DNA of 64,000 bases. Origin: an uncultured Alphaproteobacteria bacterium. GTDB taxonomy: Bacteria; Pseudomonadota; Alphaproteobacteria; Caulobacterales; Aquidulcibacteraceae. Both the position numbers and the translations under genes were made by a program. Location of the stretch: positions 192,772-256,771 of the forward strand of contig CAVTAT010000002.1 in NCBI GenBank assembly GCA_963732745.1, in the 5' to 3' direction. The number at the start of each line of letters is the position of its first letter. The stretch's first letter is position 1. The notes under the pieces were generated by a model, which had not been told where the DNA came from, did not search any database, and saw only the letters and a list, made by a program, of their open reading frames with translations. Shown here in pieces: positions 32,856 through 41,995 of the stretch.

Positions 32856-33761
32856 ATGGGCAGGGATTGGATGTTGCGCTCCGCTTGTGCGGCGTTCGGC
32901 GCGTTCGCCCTGAGCGGCGGCGGGGCCGCGGCGCAAGAGGCCACCGCCGGCGTAAGCGTTGAGACGGCGGAAAATGCATTGCCGCTGTGGGAGCTGCGGC
33001 TTGGCGGCTCGGCGCTTTACGCGCCGGATTATCCAGGATCGGATCAATACCATGTGCGCGGCATTGGCGCGCCGATCTTCATCTATCGCGGCGAACGGCT
33101 GCGCATTGGCGGCGATGAGCCGAACGCCATTGCCCGGGCCATCGCTGTTGAGGAAGAATTGTTCGAGATCGATCTTTCGGTAGACGCAAATTACGGCGCC
33201 GACGATAACGATGCCCGCGAAGGCATGGCCGATCTCGACACCCAATTGGAAATCGGGCCGCAGCTCACCATCAACGTGATCGACACTGGCTGGAACGAGC
33301 GCGGCCGCAGCCGATTGCGCGTGTTGTTGCCGGTGCGCGCGGCGGGCGCGACTGATTTCAGCCATTGGGAGGACCTCGGCTATCTGTTCCAGCCGACTTT
33401 GACCTACCGCCGCCAATGGCCCGGCAAACTGCGCATGGGCTTTACCTCCAGCCTGGCGGCGGTGTGGGCGAGCGAAGGCGTACAGGATTATTATTATGGC
33501 GTCGATGGCGCGGACGCGACGCTCGATCGGCCCGCCTATCAAGCCGAAGGCGGCTATCTCGGGACGCATTTGCAGATTTCGGCGCGGCGCGAGTTTCAGC
33601 CGGGCCTGAATGTGTACCTGACCTACCGCGTGCGATCGCTGGCGGGCGCGGCCAATGCCGACAGCCCGCTGCACCGCGACGACACCACGCAGGCCCTATC
33701 CATCAGCGCGGTATGGACCGCGCTCCGCTCCGATCGCCCCGCCCGCGACGGGGATCGTTGA
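32856..33761 (+). CDS. MipA/OmpV family outer-membrane protein
   Basis: Signal peptide; PLWELRLG..APDYPGSD, REGMADLD..LEIGP, DYYYGV and ANADSPL. Confidence 0.82.
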   Translation: MGRDWMLRSACAAFGAFALSGGGAAAQEATAGVSVETAENALPLWELRLGGSALYAPDYPGSDQYHVRGIGAPIFIYRGERLRIGGDEPNAIARAIAVEEELFEIDLSVDANYGADDNDAREGMADLDTQLEIGPQLTINVIDTGWNERGRSRLRVLLPVRAAGATDFSHWEDLGYLFQPTLTYRRQWPGKLRMGFTSSLAAVWASEGVQDYYYGVDGADATLDRPAYQAEGGYLGTHLQISARREFQPGLNVYLTYRVRSLAGAANADSPLHRDDTTQALSISAVWTALRSDRPARDGDR

Positions 33762-33770
33762 GCCGAACGC

Positions 33771-34340
33771 TTGAGCGATCCTATTCTGTTTGCGCTCGCG
33801 TCGCTTGGGCTGCTGGCCATGCCCGGGCCCACCAACACATTGCTGGCGACTTCTGGCGCGGCTGCGGGTTTCAGACGCTCGCTTCCCCTAGTGGGCGCCG
33901 GGATGCTTGGCTATCTCATCTCGATTCTGACGCTTACATTGGCAGTCGCCCCGATAACAAACGGGGCCCAGGGCGCTGAGCGCGTGTTGCAGGCGGCGTG
34001 CGCGGCTTATTTGTTGTACGCGGCGTGGAAATTGTGGCGCACTCGCGCCGAGGCGATTGCCGCGCCGGAATCGTTCCGTCGCGTGCTCATCGCCACCGCG
34101 CTCAATCCCAAAGCGCTGGTGTTCGCGTTCGTCATTTTGCCGTTTTTGCGCGATGGCGCTGTGGTCGCCGCCGCGCCCTATGTCGCCGCTTTTCTCGTTA
34201 TGGTCGCGCTCACCGGCGCCGCCTGGATCGCGATCGGCGCCATCTTCCACGCCAATGGCGCAGGGGTCTGGGCGCGCGGCGCCGGCGCTGTGGTGTTGTG
34301 CCTGTTCGCGTTTCTGCTGCTGGCGTCGGCGGCGCGCTAA
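33771..34340 (+). CDS. LysE/RhtB family translocator
   Basis: MPGPTNTLLATSG, YLLYAAWKLW and ALNPKA. Confidence 0.85.
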   Translation: MSDPILFALASLGLLAMPGPTNTLLATSGAAAGFRRSLPLVGAGMLGYLISILTLTLAVAPITNGAQGAERVLQAACAAYLLYAAWKLWRTRAEAIAAPESFRRVLIATALNPKALVFAFVILPFLRDGAVVAAAPYVAAFLVMVALTGAAWIAIGAIFHANGAGVWARGAGAVVLCLFAFLLLASAAR

Positions 34341-34366
34341 GCCGCCGCTCAGGAGGAATGCCTCAC

Positions 34367-34473
34367 CACCCATCCCCGGATGCCGCGAAGCGGCAGTCCG
34401 GGGCCCATAAACACAAACCGTCGGCGTTTATGGGCCCCGGACTGAATGCCGCGCATTCATCCGGGGATGGGTG
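34367..34473. repeat. About 107-bp nested palindromic intergenic element, family B copy 2; possible bidirectional terminator
   Basis: Perfect 16-bp terminal IR CACCCATCCCCGGATG/CATCCGGGGATGGGTG and inner IR CAGTCCGGGGCCCATAAAC/GTTTATGGGCCCCGGACTG; lies between convergent operons. Confidence 0.82.
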
Positions 34474-34500
34474 AAAACGCAATTGTGTTTCCTGTACAAG

Positions 34501-36138
34501 CTAACCGATTTCGCCTTGCGATGCATTGATGTCGCCGAATTGATAGCTGAACGCGACCGCGCCGGTGGCGGGCGTGCGGCGTAATTGCAGCACGACGGCA
34601 TCGTTCGGGACCAGCACGCGGCGGAATTTCAGCCTTTGTAGGCGCCCAGCCTTGGCGGGCCAGCTTCCCCACAACTGGCGCGCGATCAGCACGGCAAGAT
34701 GCGCTTGCGCCACGCCGGGCAAGATCGGGTGACCGGGAAAGTGTCCCTCGAAAAAAATCAGCTCCGGCGCCAGCGTTAACGCGATGCTGGCTTCGGTCTC
34801 ACTTTGGGCGAGCACGTTGAGCTTCAGCGCATGAAGCGGATCGTCATTGTCGAACAGCGCGCGCAAATCGGAAAGCACTTGCTTGCCTTGGCTATTGACC
34901 GGGATGGCGTCGACAAAGAGCCAATGCTTAGGCCGCTCCGCTGGCTCCAACGCAGCCGACGCCGCGCGGCGCAAGGCCCGCGATAGGCCAAACGCGTTGC
35001 TTTCCGCCAGCGCTGTTTTTCCCGCGGGGCTCAGCACAACAAGCGCGCCGAGCGCCTCCTTGCGCGCAGGCAGAGTGAACACGGCGGCGGAATCAATGTC
35101 GGGCAGCGCCGCCAGCGCCTCCTCGACGCGCGTGAGCGAGACGCGCTTGCCATCGACCTTGACGACGCGGTCGCCGCGCGGCTTCAGCAGGAAACGCCCA
35201 TCCTCAAGCAAGGTGACTTCGTCGCCAGTCGGCTGCGGCGCGTCGTATTGCAGATAGGGCGAGCGCACTTGCAAAGCGCCATCCTCGCCCTGGCTGATTT
35301 CGATGTGCTGGAATGGTGTCCATGCGTCATTGGCGGAGACTTGCCGGCGCCAGGCGATGCCGCCGGTTTCGGTTGAACCCAGCACTTCGGTGATCGGCTT
35401 TCCGAAGGCGCGCGAACAAGCCGCCGCTGCGTCGCGCGGCAACATTTGGCCGGATGAAAATACCAGAGCCGGCGTAAGCGTCTCGGTGCGGGGAGGCAGA
35501 CGAGTGAGGTGAGCCGGGCTGGAAACGAGCGTGCGGCCGGCCAAGCGACCTTCCAGCTCTTCCCAATAGATCGCGGCGTAATCGTCGGAGGTGCGGCCGG
35601 CCAGCAGCGGCCAGACAACGCGAAAGATCATGCCGTAGACGTGTTGATGCGAAACCGTGGCGCTGACATGACCCGCGTCGCCGCCCCATAATAGCTCAAG
35701 TGCGCGCGCCTCGGTTTCAAGGCGCGACAGGTTTTTCTCAACCCGCTTTGGCGCACCAGTAGACCCGGATGTGTAGAAAACCAACAAAGGATCGTTCGCG
35801 TAGTCGGAGCGCGCGTTCACATCGGCGCTGGAAGTGTTTTTGAAATCGTCATCGCCGAACAAAGCTTCCGCCGGGCAATTGAGTTCGGCCAAGTAGGCGC
35901 TTTGGGTATGGGCGGGCAGGGCGATAATTTTTCCGGCGCGGGCGGCTGCCAGCAATCCGGCCAGGAAGTGCGCCGCCGAATTGGTGTGCAGAAATATAAT
36001 ATCGCCCGCGCTGCCCATCCGGCCGGCGAGGCTTGCCGCCATGGCGCGCACGGCGCCGGCGTCGATCCAAGCATCGCCCCGCGCGAACAAGGCGCGCGCC
36101 GGGTCAGCGCGTTCCAGCGCATCGAGCAACCCGCTCAT
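34501..36138 (-). CDS. AMP-binding acyl-ACP synthetase fused to a FabA/Z-like dehydratase (ApeH+ApeI-like)
   Basis: YTSGSTGAPK, SHQHVYG, GSTETGGIA and DRVVKVDGKRVSL; C-terminal FFEGHFPGHPILPGVAQ. Confidence 0.88.
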   Translation of the reverse strand: MSGLLDALERADPARALFARGDAWIDAGAVRAMAASLAGRMGSAGDIIFLHTNSAAHFLAGLLAAARAGKIIALPAHTQSAYLAELNCPAEALFGDDDFKNTSSADVNARSDYANDPLLVFYTSGSTGAPKRVEKNLSRLETEARALELLWGGDAGHVSATVSHQHVYGMIFRVVWPLLAGRTSDDYAAIYWEELEGRLAGRTLVSSPAHLTRLPPRTETLTPALVFSSGQMLPRDAAAACSRAFGKPITEVLGSTETGGIAWRRQVSANDAWTPFQHIEISQGEDGALQVRSPYLQYDAPQPTGDEVTLLEDGRFLLKPRGDRVVKVDGKRVSLTRVEEALAALPDIDSAAVFTLPARKEALGALVVLSPAGKTALAESNAFGLSRALRRAASAALEPAERPKHWLFVDAIPVNSQGKQVLSDLRALFDNDDPLHALKLNVLAQSETEASIALTLAPELIFFEGHFPGHPILPGVAQAHLAVLIARQLWGSWPAKAGRLQRLKFRRVLVPNDAVVLQLRRTPATGAVAFSYQFGDINASQGEIG

Positions 36139-36701
36139 CGCGCTTGCCTTGGCCCGCGGAAAAACCCGCGCACCGCCATTTCGCCGAGGAACAAGGCGGC
36201 CATGGCGAGGTAGGCGATTAGGCCGTTATAGAGCGTCCAAATCTCCCAACTGGCGAACCATGCGGTCCACACCGCAATCGCGCCATTGAGCGCAAAGAAA
36301 ATCACCCACAGCCAGGTGATCACCCGTGTGTAGCGGACCCCTCGGTCAGGCAGATCCGGTTCCGCCAGGCGCGCAAAACGTTCGATCATGCTGGGTCCAA
36401 CCCAGAGCGTCTGCGCGAAGGCGATGAGCATGGCCGCGTTCATGAAGGCCGGGTAGAGTCGCACCGAGAGTTCGCCGTCATAGAGCGCGACAAGCGCCAC
36501 GGCCGCGGCGACAAACAACAGGCCGAAGGTCAGCGCGCCAGGAATTTTCTTGAGCCCCAGAACTCCCCGCAAGCTCAGCAGCGCCAGCAATCCCAGCACC
36601 ACCCAGCCCGGCCCGACATTGCGCACCAGGAGCGCGGCCACAAGCGGATAGACGATCGACAATGCAGCAAGCGCCGCGGCCGACGCGTCAACCTTGCGCA
36701 T
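36135..36701 (-). CDS. Membrane protein (COG4648/ApeG-like)
   Basis: RLYPAFMN, PSMIERFARL, YTRVIT and WTLYNGLIAY. Confidence 0.85.
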   Translation of the reverse strand: MRKVDASAAALAALSIVYPLVAALLVRNVGPGWVVLGLLALLSLRGVLGLKKIPGALTFGLLFVAAAVALVALYDGELSVRLYPAFMNAAMLIAFAQTLWVGPSMIERFARLAEPDLPDRGVRYTRVITWLWVIFFALNGAIAVWTAWFASWEIWTLYNGLIAYLAMAALFLGEMAVRGFFRGPRQAR

Positions 36702-36936
36702 GCATCCTCTGCACCAGGTTCAACACATCGTCGATGGTGCGCACTGATTTGAAATCGTCTGGCTCGACCTTGCGACCGGTGATTTCCTGCAGCCGCACCA
36801 TCAAATCGATCGCATCGATCGAGTCGAGATTCAGCTTATCGACCAAATCCGCGTCCGGCGTGATCAGATCGCGCGGCACTTCGAAGGCGGTAACGAGGTA
36901 TTCCGCGATTTGGGAATACATGTCTTGGCGGTTCAT
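36688..36936 (-). CDS. Acyl carrier protein (ApeF-like)
   Basis: LNLDSIDAIDL; FKSVRTIDDV. Confidence 0.92.
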   Translation of the reverse strand: MNRQDMYSQIAEYLVTAFEVPRDLITPDADLVDKLNLDSIDAIDLMVRLQEITGRKVEPDDFKSVRTIDDVLNLVQRMHAQG

Positions 36937-36947
36937 GCTCGTACTCG

Positions 36948-37205
36948 TCAGGCTTGCTTCGCCACGAACGCCGCCAGAGAGCGGATCGTTTTGAAATGGG
37001 CGGATAGGTTCTTATCTTCGGGATCAAGTTTAATGCTGTAACGCTTCTGCAGCGCCACGCCAATCTCAAGCGCGTCGATCGAATCGAGAGCCAGGCCGGC
37101 ATTGCCGAACAAATCCTCCTCCGAGGATATTTGCTCAGGCGTCACGCCCTCCAGATTGAGCACGTCTATAATCAGAGACTTCAGGTCGTTTTCAGAAGGA
37201 TTCAT
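36948..37205 (-). CDS. Acyl carrier protein (ApeE-like)
   Basis: GLALDSIDALEIG. Confidence 0.92.
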   Translation of the reverse strand: MNPSENDLKSLIIDVLNLEGVTPEQISSEEDLFGNAGLALDSIDALEIGVALQKRYSIKLDPEDKNLSAHFKTIRSLAAFVAKQA

Positions 37206-37969
37206 ACGGGCAGCAACTCCTCAATGCGGCGCTCGACCTGGGCGCACAGGCGCCGGACGGCGATGCCGGGCTCTACATCGTCTTTCACTGGGTTCAGGCG
37301 CTCATGCACGCGAATCACCCACTGAGCCCGCCGAACCGGGATCTTGTGCCATGGCTCTCCTTTGAAAAGGGTCGGCGGGTCGCATGTCAAGGTGACAATC
37401 CTGATCGGCGCGCCCGAGCGGAGCGCCACATAGGCAAATCCGCGCTGGTATTTGCGTTTTTTCCCTGGCGGGGTGCGCGAGCCCTCTGGGAAAATGACCA
37501 GATTATTGCCGGCTTTCAGCGCGGCGGCGCAATCGTCGAGCAATTTCTCAGGATCGTCGAGGTTGGGAATATAATTGGCCGCCGTAACCACTCCGCGCAT
37601 GAACGGATTGCGCCACACGCCGCCTTTCACCACGCACTGGGTGCGCTCCATCACCGACATCAGGAACACGATGTCGAGCAGCGTGGGGTGGTTGGCCACT
37701 ACAAGACAACCGCGGTCGGCGCGCAGGATGGCGGCGTCAGCGCACTCGCACGACACCGGTCCCACTGGCGAGCAGACGACCCACCGATAAAGCCGCATGG
37801 TCGCATGCACGATATCCTGCGCCATGGCCGCGCGCCGCGCCTTGTCGCGGACCAGCAAATTGAGCAGCGGAAATACACTGATCGCCAGCGCCAAGCCGCC
37901 CAAGCCGAACAGCGCGAAGGAAATCGCCGTGCTGATCAACCGCCAGAAACGGTCAAGCGCGGCGATCAT
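37202..37969 (-). CDS. Lysophospholipid acyltransferase (ApeD-like)
   Basis: ANHPTLLD and IFPEGSR; start MIAALDRFWR overlaps the upstream stop. Confidence 0.9.
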   Translation of the reverse strand: MIAALDRFWRLISTAISFALFGLGGLALAISVFPLLNLLVRDKARRAAMAQDIVHATMRLYRWVVCSPVGPVSCECADAAILRADRGCLVVANHPTLLDIVFLMSVMERTQCVVKGGVWRNPFMRGVVTAANYIPNLDDPEKLLDDCAAALKAGNNLVIFPEGSRTPPGKKRKYQRGFAYVALRSGAPIRIVTLTCDPPTLFKGEPWHKIPVRRAQWVIRVHERLNPVKDDVEPGIAVRRLCAQVERRIEELLPV

Positions 37970-38617
37970 GCGGCTAGCGCTTGAAGTTCGGCGCAGCGCA
38001 GCGTTCGCAATCCGCCCAGCAACGCGTCGATGATTTCTGGTGCGGCCGCGCTGGATCGCGAGACCGCCAGCCCGGGCGGAGCGCCCGCCGGCGCCAGCTT
38101 GAGCCGCATGGCCAGCACGATCGCAGGCGCGTTGCCGCCAAGCTCGGCGTAGAATTCCGGCAGGCGCTGGTCGGCGTGCACCAGCACCACGGATTGGGCC
38201 TCCCGGAGGCACAGAAATGCCTCCAACAATCCCGCGTGTAGGCTGGCTTCGCCCGCGGCGATGGCTGTGTGGTCCCCGCACGCGCCGAAGCACAAGCTCA
38301 AGATTCCGGGCGGCGCGTTGTGCACCGACATCGAAAACAGCGCCGGCGAAAGCAATTCGCGCTTGGCCAAATCCGCAAGCAGCGTCGCGGCGCTGGAGAT
38401 GTCGCCATTGCAGCTTGAAAACACCACATCGCTGCTTGGATCGTCGCGTAATAGCGGAAGGGCGCAGCGGGCGATGTCTCGGCTGAACGCGGGCAGCCGG
38501 CGGCGCAACTGGGGTGGGATGATCTCGGCGCTCTCGCAGCGCGCCGAGACGCTCGCCGGGATTCCCGCCAATCAGAGCCGCCCAGGTACAGACCTCGAAA
38601 TCCAACGACGACGCCAA
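37966..38617 (-). CDS. Ketosynthase chain-length factor (ApeC-like); 5' end frameshifted
   Basis: IPPQLRRRL, LSPALFSMSVHNA and GLLEA; start approximate. Confidence 0.82.
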
Positions 38618-38663
38618 ATCCCCCACTCCCGCACCGAGAATAAAGCCTATACTAGATGCTTCC

Positions 38664-39185
38664 GTGATCCAAGTCTCCGATATCGCCCACGTAAATTCGA
38701 ACGGTCCGCTTTGGGCGGCGCGCGCGTTCGGGCCGCCGGCGAGCGCCCGTCCCGGGCGCGCGCGGCAAAGCGCGGCGGCGGCGGCTCTGCTTGCGGAACT
38801 CGCCGTCGCGGCCGGCGCCGGGGGCAGCTGCAAAGCCCATTCCCGCCACTGGGCGGCGGCGGCGATCGCCAGCAGCGGGCGCGTCGGCGTCGATCTCGAG
38901 TTCTGCGCGCCGGAGCGGCCAATCATAGAGATTGCCGCGTGGCTGATGGGTGAGAGGCCCGCGAACCGCCTGGCCGGTTGGCGGGCGTTCACTTTCTACG
39001 AGGCCCATTTCAAGGCCGTCGGGGAGGCGCCGACGCGGGCATTGATGCAAGAAATAGCCGGCGCAAGCACAGCCCTTACCCGGCTGCCAAGCGGCCTCGG
39101 CGTGTTGTACGAAAGCTTGGCGGAGGATTTTGCGCTGACGCTGGTGTGGGACGGTCCAGGAACGCCCCGGCGAGCGCTAGACTAA
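38664..39185 (+). CDS. 4'-phosphopantetheinyl transferase-like protein
   Basis: GRVGVDLE and FTFYEAHFKA resemble the PPTase GxDxE and (F/W)xxxEAxxKA motifs. Confidence 0.7.
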   Translation: MIQVSDIAHVNSNGPLWAARAFGPPASARPGRARQSAAAAALLAELAVAAGAGGSCKAHSRHWAAAAIASSGRVGVDLEFCAPERPIIEIAAWLMGERPANRLAGWRAFTFYEAHFKAVGEAPTRALMQEIAGASTALTRLPSGLGVLYESLAEDFALTLVWDGPGTPRRALD

Positions 39186-39918
39186 TCTCGGTGCGCGATC
39201 AGTTTCCAGAGCAACCGGAACGGCGCCTGCAGCACCAGGCGCGTATGCATCAGCGAGATCGACACATTGTCGGCAAGCATGCGGAAGTTCGACACATTGC
39301 CTTCGAGATAGGCCACACGCGTCGGCATATTGACCACCGCAACGCCGCGCCAATGCAAGCGCACCGCGATCTCGGTATCGAAATCCATCCGCTTGCCGAG
39401 GTTTGCGTGCTTTATGACTTTGGCCACCGCCGCTAGCGGATAGACCCGAAAGCCGCACATCGTGTCGGCGATGTCCAGCGACGCGGTTTCGACCCAGACC
39501 CAGAAATGCGTGATGTAGCGGCCGAATTTGCGCGCGCTGGGGACGCTTTGATCGTAAATGGGTTGGCCGCAAATCAGCGCGGCAGGGCGCGCGCGCGCTG
39601 CGGCGGCGAATTTTGCGGCGTCCTCGACATCGTGCTGGCCATCGGCGTCGATTTGCAAGGCGTGGGTGAAACCCGCCGCAAGCGCGGCGCGGAAGCCTTC
39701 CAGCATCGCCCCGCCCTTGCCTGCGTTGCGCTCAAGCCGACGCACCTCGACGCTGGGCCCGGCCAGCGCGGCGATGGCCTCCTGTTCCGGCGCGGCATTG
39801 CCGTCATCGACGATGAAAACGGTCTCGCAAATCGGTCCAAGCGACCGCGTCAGGCGCGGCAATTCCGTCACATGACGATAACTCGGAATGATGGCGCAGA
39901 GACGCAGATCCGGCTCAG
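39182..39918 (-). CDS. Glycosyltransferase family 2 (N-terminal half of ApeJ-type protein)
   Basis: LCAIIPSYRH, IVDDG, NAGKGGA, QIDADGQHD, DTMCGFRVYP and MDFDTEI; start codon unclear. Confidence 0.88.
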
Positions 39919-40157
39919 TCCAGCAGAACCACGTCGCCCTTGAGCGCGACGCCGGCCATCAGGAAGCCAGCCGCGCATTTGTATTGCGTGGCGCTTGACC
40001 ATTCTACGTGCACCCCGCTCAGCTGGCTTGCATAATCTGGGCGTTCCATCACCGAGGCGAGTTCGTGGGTGCCGACCGCATCCTCGGCGCTGGCCGGCGT
40101 CGGCGACAGCGCGAACATTGAGCAAGCCAAAGCCATCGCAAGTGCAAAACGCTTCAT
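39915..40157 (-). CDS. Small exported protein resembling the APE-cluster-associated secreted protein, apparently shortened
   Basis: Signal peptide; C-terminal SATQYKCAAGFLMAGVALKG; GAGGGG RBS. Confidence 0.65.
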   Translation of the reverse strand: MKRFALAMALACSMFALSPTPASAEDAVGTHELASVMERPDYASQLSGVHVEWSSATQYKCAAGFLMAGVALKGDVVLLD

Positions 40158-40421
40158 GTGAAATACCCCTCGTAGAGCGCCTCAGGCGCGTTTTCGCCGG
40201 GGTCGGTCTGTGCCATCGTTTCGGCCGCCGCGCAACCGAGCGGCGGCGCTGACTACGACAGGCTAGTGTGGCGATTCAGAAATTCGCCAGCAGATGATGG
40301 AGGGCTCGATGCGAATTTCTGGTTCAGGACACTAAGCGAGGAGCCTTGCCCTGAGCCGCGCGGGCGCGTACGACACGGGTCGCCCAGGCCGGCCGCTCAA
40401 AGCCATGCCGGGGCCCTGAGT

Positions 40422-40497
40422 GCCGCCTTAGCTCAGCCGGTAGAGCACCGCATTCGTAATGCGGGGGTCGCGTGTTCGAGTCACGCAGGCGGCACCA
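40422..40497 (+). tRNA. tRNA-Thr(CGT)
   Basis: 76-nt cloverleaf GCCGCCT...AGGCGGC-ACCA; anticodon arm CCGCA-TTCGTAA-TGCGG; TTCGAG T-loop. Confidence 0.96.
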
Positions 40498-40524
40498 ACC
40501 CCTCATTTTCGGCGCTTTATCCAC

Positions 40525-40694
40525 ACCGTCTCAGACCGTCTCAAATCGTCTCGAAAAATTTGATTTGAAAGGTTTTTTCGCTTCGCTTGGCGAAGGGAGC
40601 GCCGTCGCACTCCAAACCGGCGCGTCGCATTGATTTTCAGCTTCGTGTTGGCAAATTGTTGGTAAGGATTTCGCGGGTCACGAATTTACCAACA
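40525..40694. repeat. att-associated short repeats
   Basis: Three 10-bp-period A(C/T)CGTCTC units at 40525-40553; TGTTGGCAA (40646), TGTTGGTAA (40657) and inverted TTACCAACA (40686). Confidence 0.65.
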
Positions 40695-40718
40695 CCGATG
40701 CCTTATACAGAGTCACAA

Positions 40719-41960
40719 GTGAAGCTGTCCGATCTCAAGTGCAGAAAGGCCAGTGCTTCGCCGGAAACAAGCCGGATCAAGCTGGCCGACGGCGACGGGC
40801 TGTTCCTGCACGTCTATCCGAACACCAAGAAACTGTGGCGGCTCAGCTATCGCTACGCCGGCAAACAGCGCGTCCTGTCCTTTGGGCCGTACCCGCATCG
40901 TAAGCTTGCTCGAGGCGCGAAAGAAGCGCGAGGCGCGCCAGGACTCGCTGCGCGCCGGCAAGGACCCCGGAGCAGAGCGGCAGCGCGAAGAACAAGCGGC
41001 GCAGCGGCTGGAGGAGACGACCTTTGCCGCGTTCGCCGACAGCTACCTTGACGCGCCTGGCCGCAGACCGGCCGTTCAGCGCCAACCATCAAGAAGGCGC
41101 GCTGGATTGTGGAGGACCTGGCCAAGGATCTTCGCCCCCATCAGATGGCCGACATCACGCCGCGCGACGTATTAAAGGCGCTCCGCGCCGTCGAGGCCAA
41201 AGGGAACCGCGAAACTGCCCGGCGCATGCGTGGCGTGCTGTCCTCGGTGTTTCGCTTGGCTGTGATCGAGGATGTTATCGAGAATGATCCGGCGGCGCCG
41301 CTCAGAGGCGCGCTGCTTCCTCCGGAGACGCGGCACAATTCGGCAGTGACCGATCCGGCGGCGTTTGGCGCGCTGCTGCGCGTCATCGACGGCTATGACG
41401 GGCACAAGACGCATTAAGATCGCGCTTCAGCTGTTGGCGCTGACATTTCCCCGCCCTGGCGAGTTGCGGCAGGCGGAATGGCCAGAGGTGGATATCAAGG
41501 GCCGCGCTCTGGATTATCCCGGCGCAGCGCACGAAAATGCGCCGCGAGCACCGCATTCCCCTCTCGAACCAGGCAGCGGAGAAGTTTGAAGCGCTGAAGG
41601 AGATCACTGGACGTGGGCAACGCTGTTTCCCCTCGATCCGGTCGCTCAATAGCCCATCTGAGCGATGGCGCCCTCAACGCCGCGCTTCGCGCTATGGGCG
41701 TCGACGGCAGCGTGCATGTCGCGCATGGTTTTAGGAGTTCGGCGTCCTCGCTCTTGAACGAGCACTCTGCCTTCTCGCCGGAGGTGATCGAAAAGGCCTT
41801 GGCGCACGGCGAGCCCGACAAAGTGCGCCGCGCTTATAATCGCGCCCAATACTGGGATGAGCGCGTGCGCATGATGCAATGGTGGGCGGATTACCTAGAC
41901 CGACTAAAGGTGAGCAAGGCGCGCTTGCCGACCGTTTCACAGGCGGATTTGTTTTCGTAG
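40719..41960 (+). CDS. P4-like tyrosine integrase with Arm DNA-binding domain, frameshifted
   Basis: KLADGDGLFLHV...WRLSYRYAGKQRVLSFGPYP; RPGELR; HGFRSSAS; LAH; RAYNRAQY. Confidence 0.93.
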
Positions 41961-41995
41961 TCGTCGCGAACCGCTTCGACGCCTTGGTCGCTGTC

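Noticed and set aside
37202-38992. 596-aa ORF suggesting a long N-terminal extension on the acyltransferase
   Set aside because: The extension is off-frame CLF sequence and PPTase antisense; the real start is at 37969.
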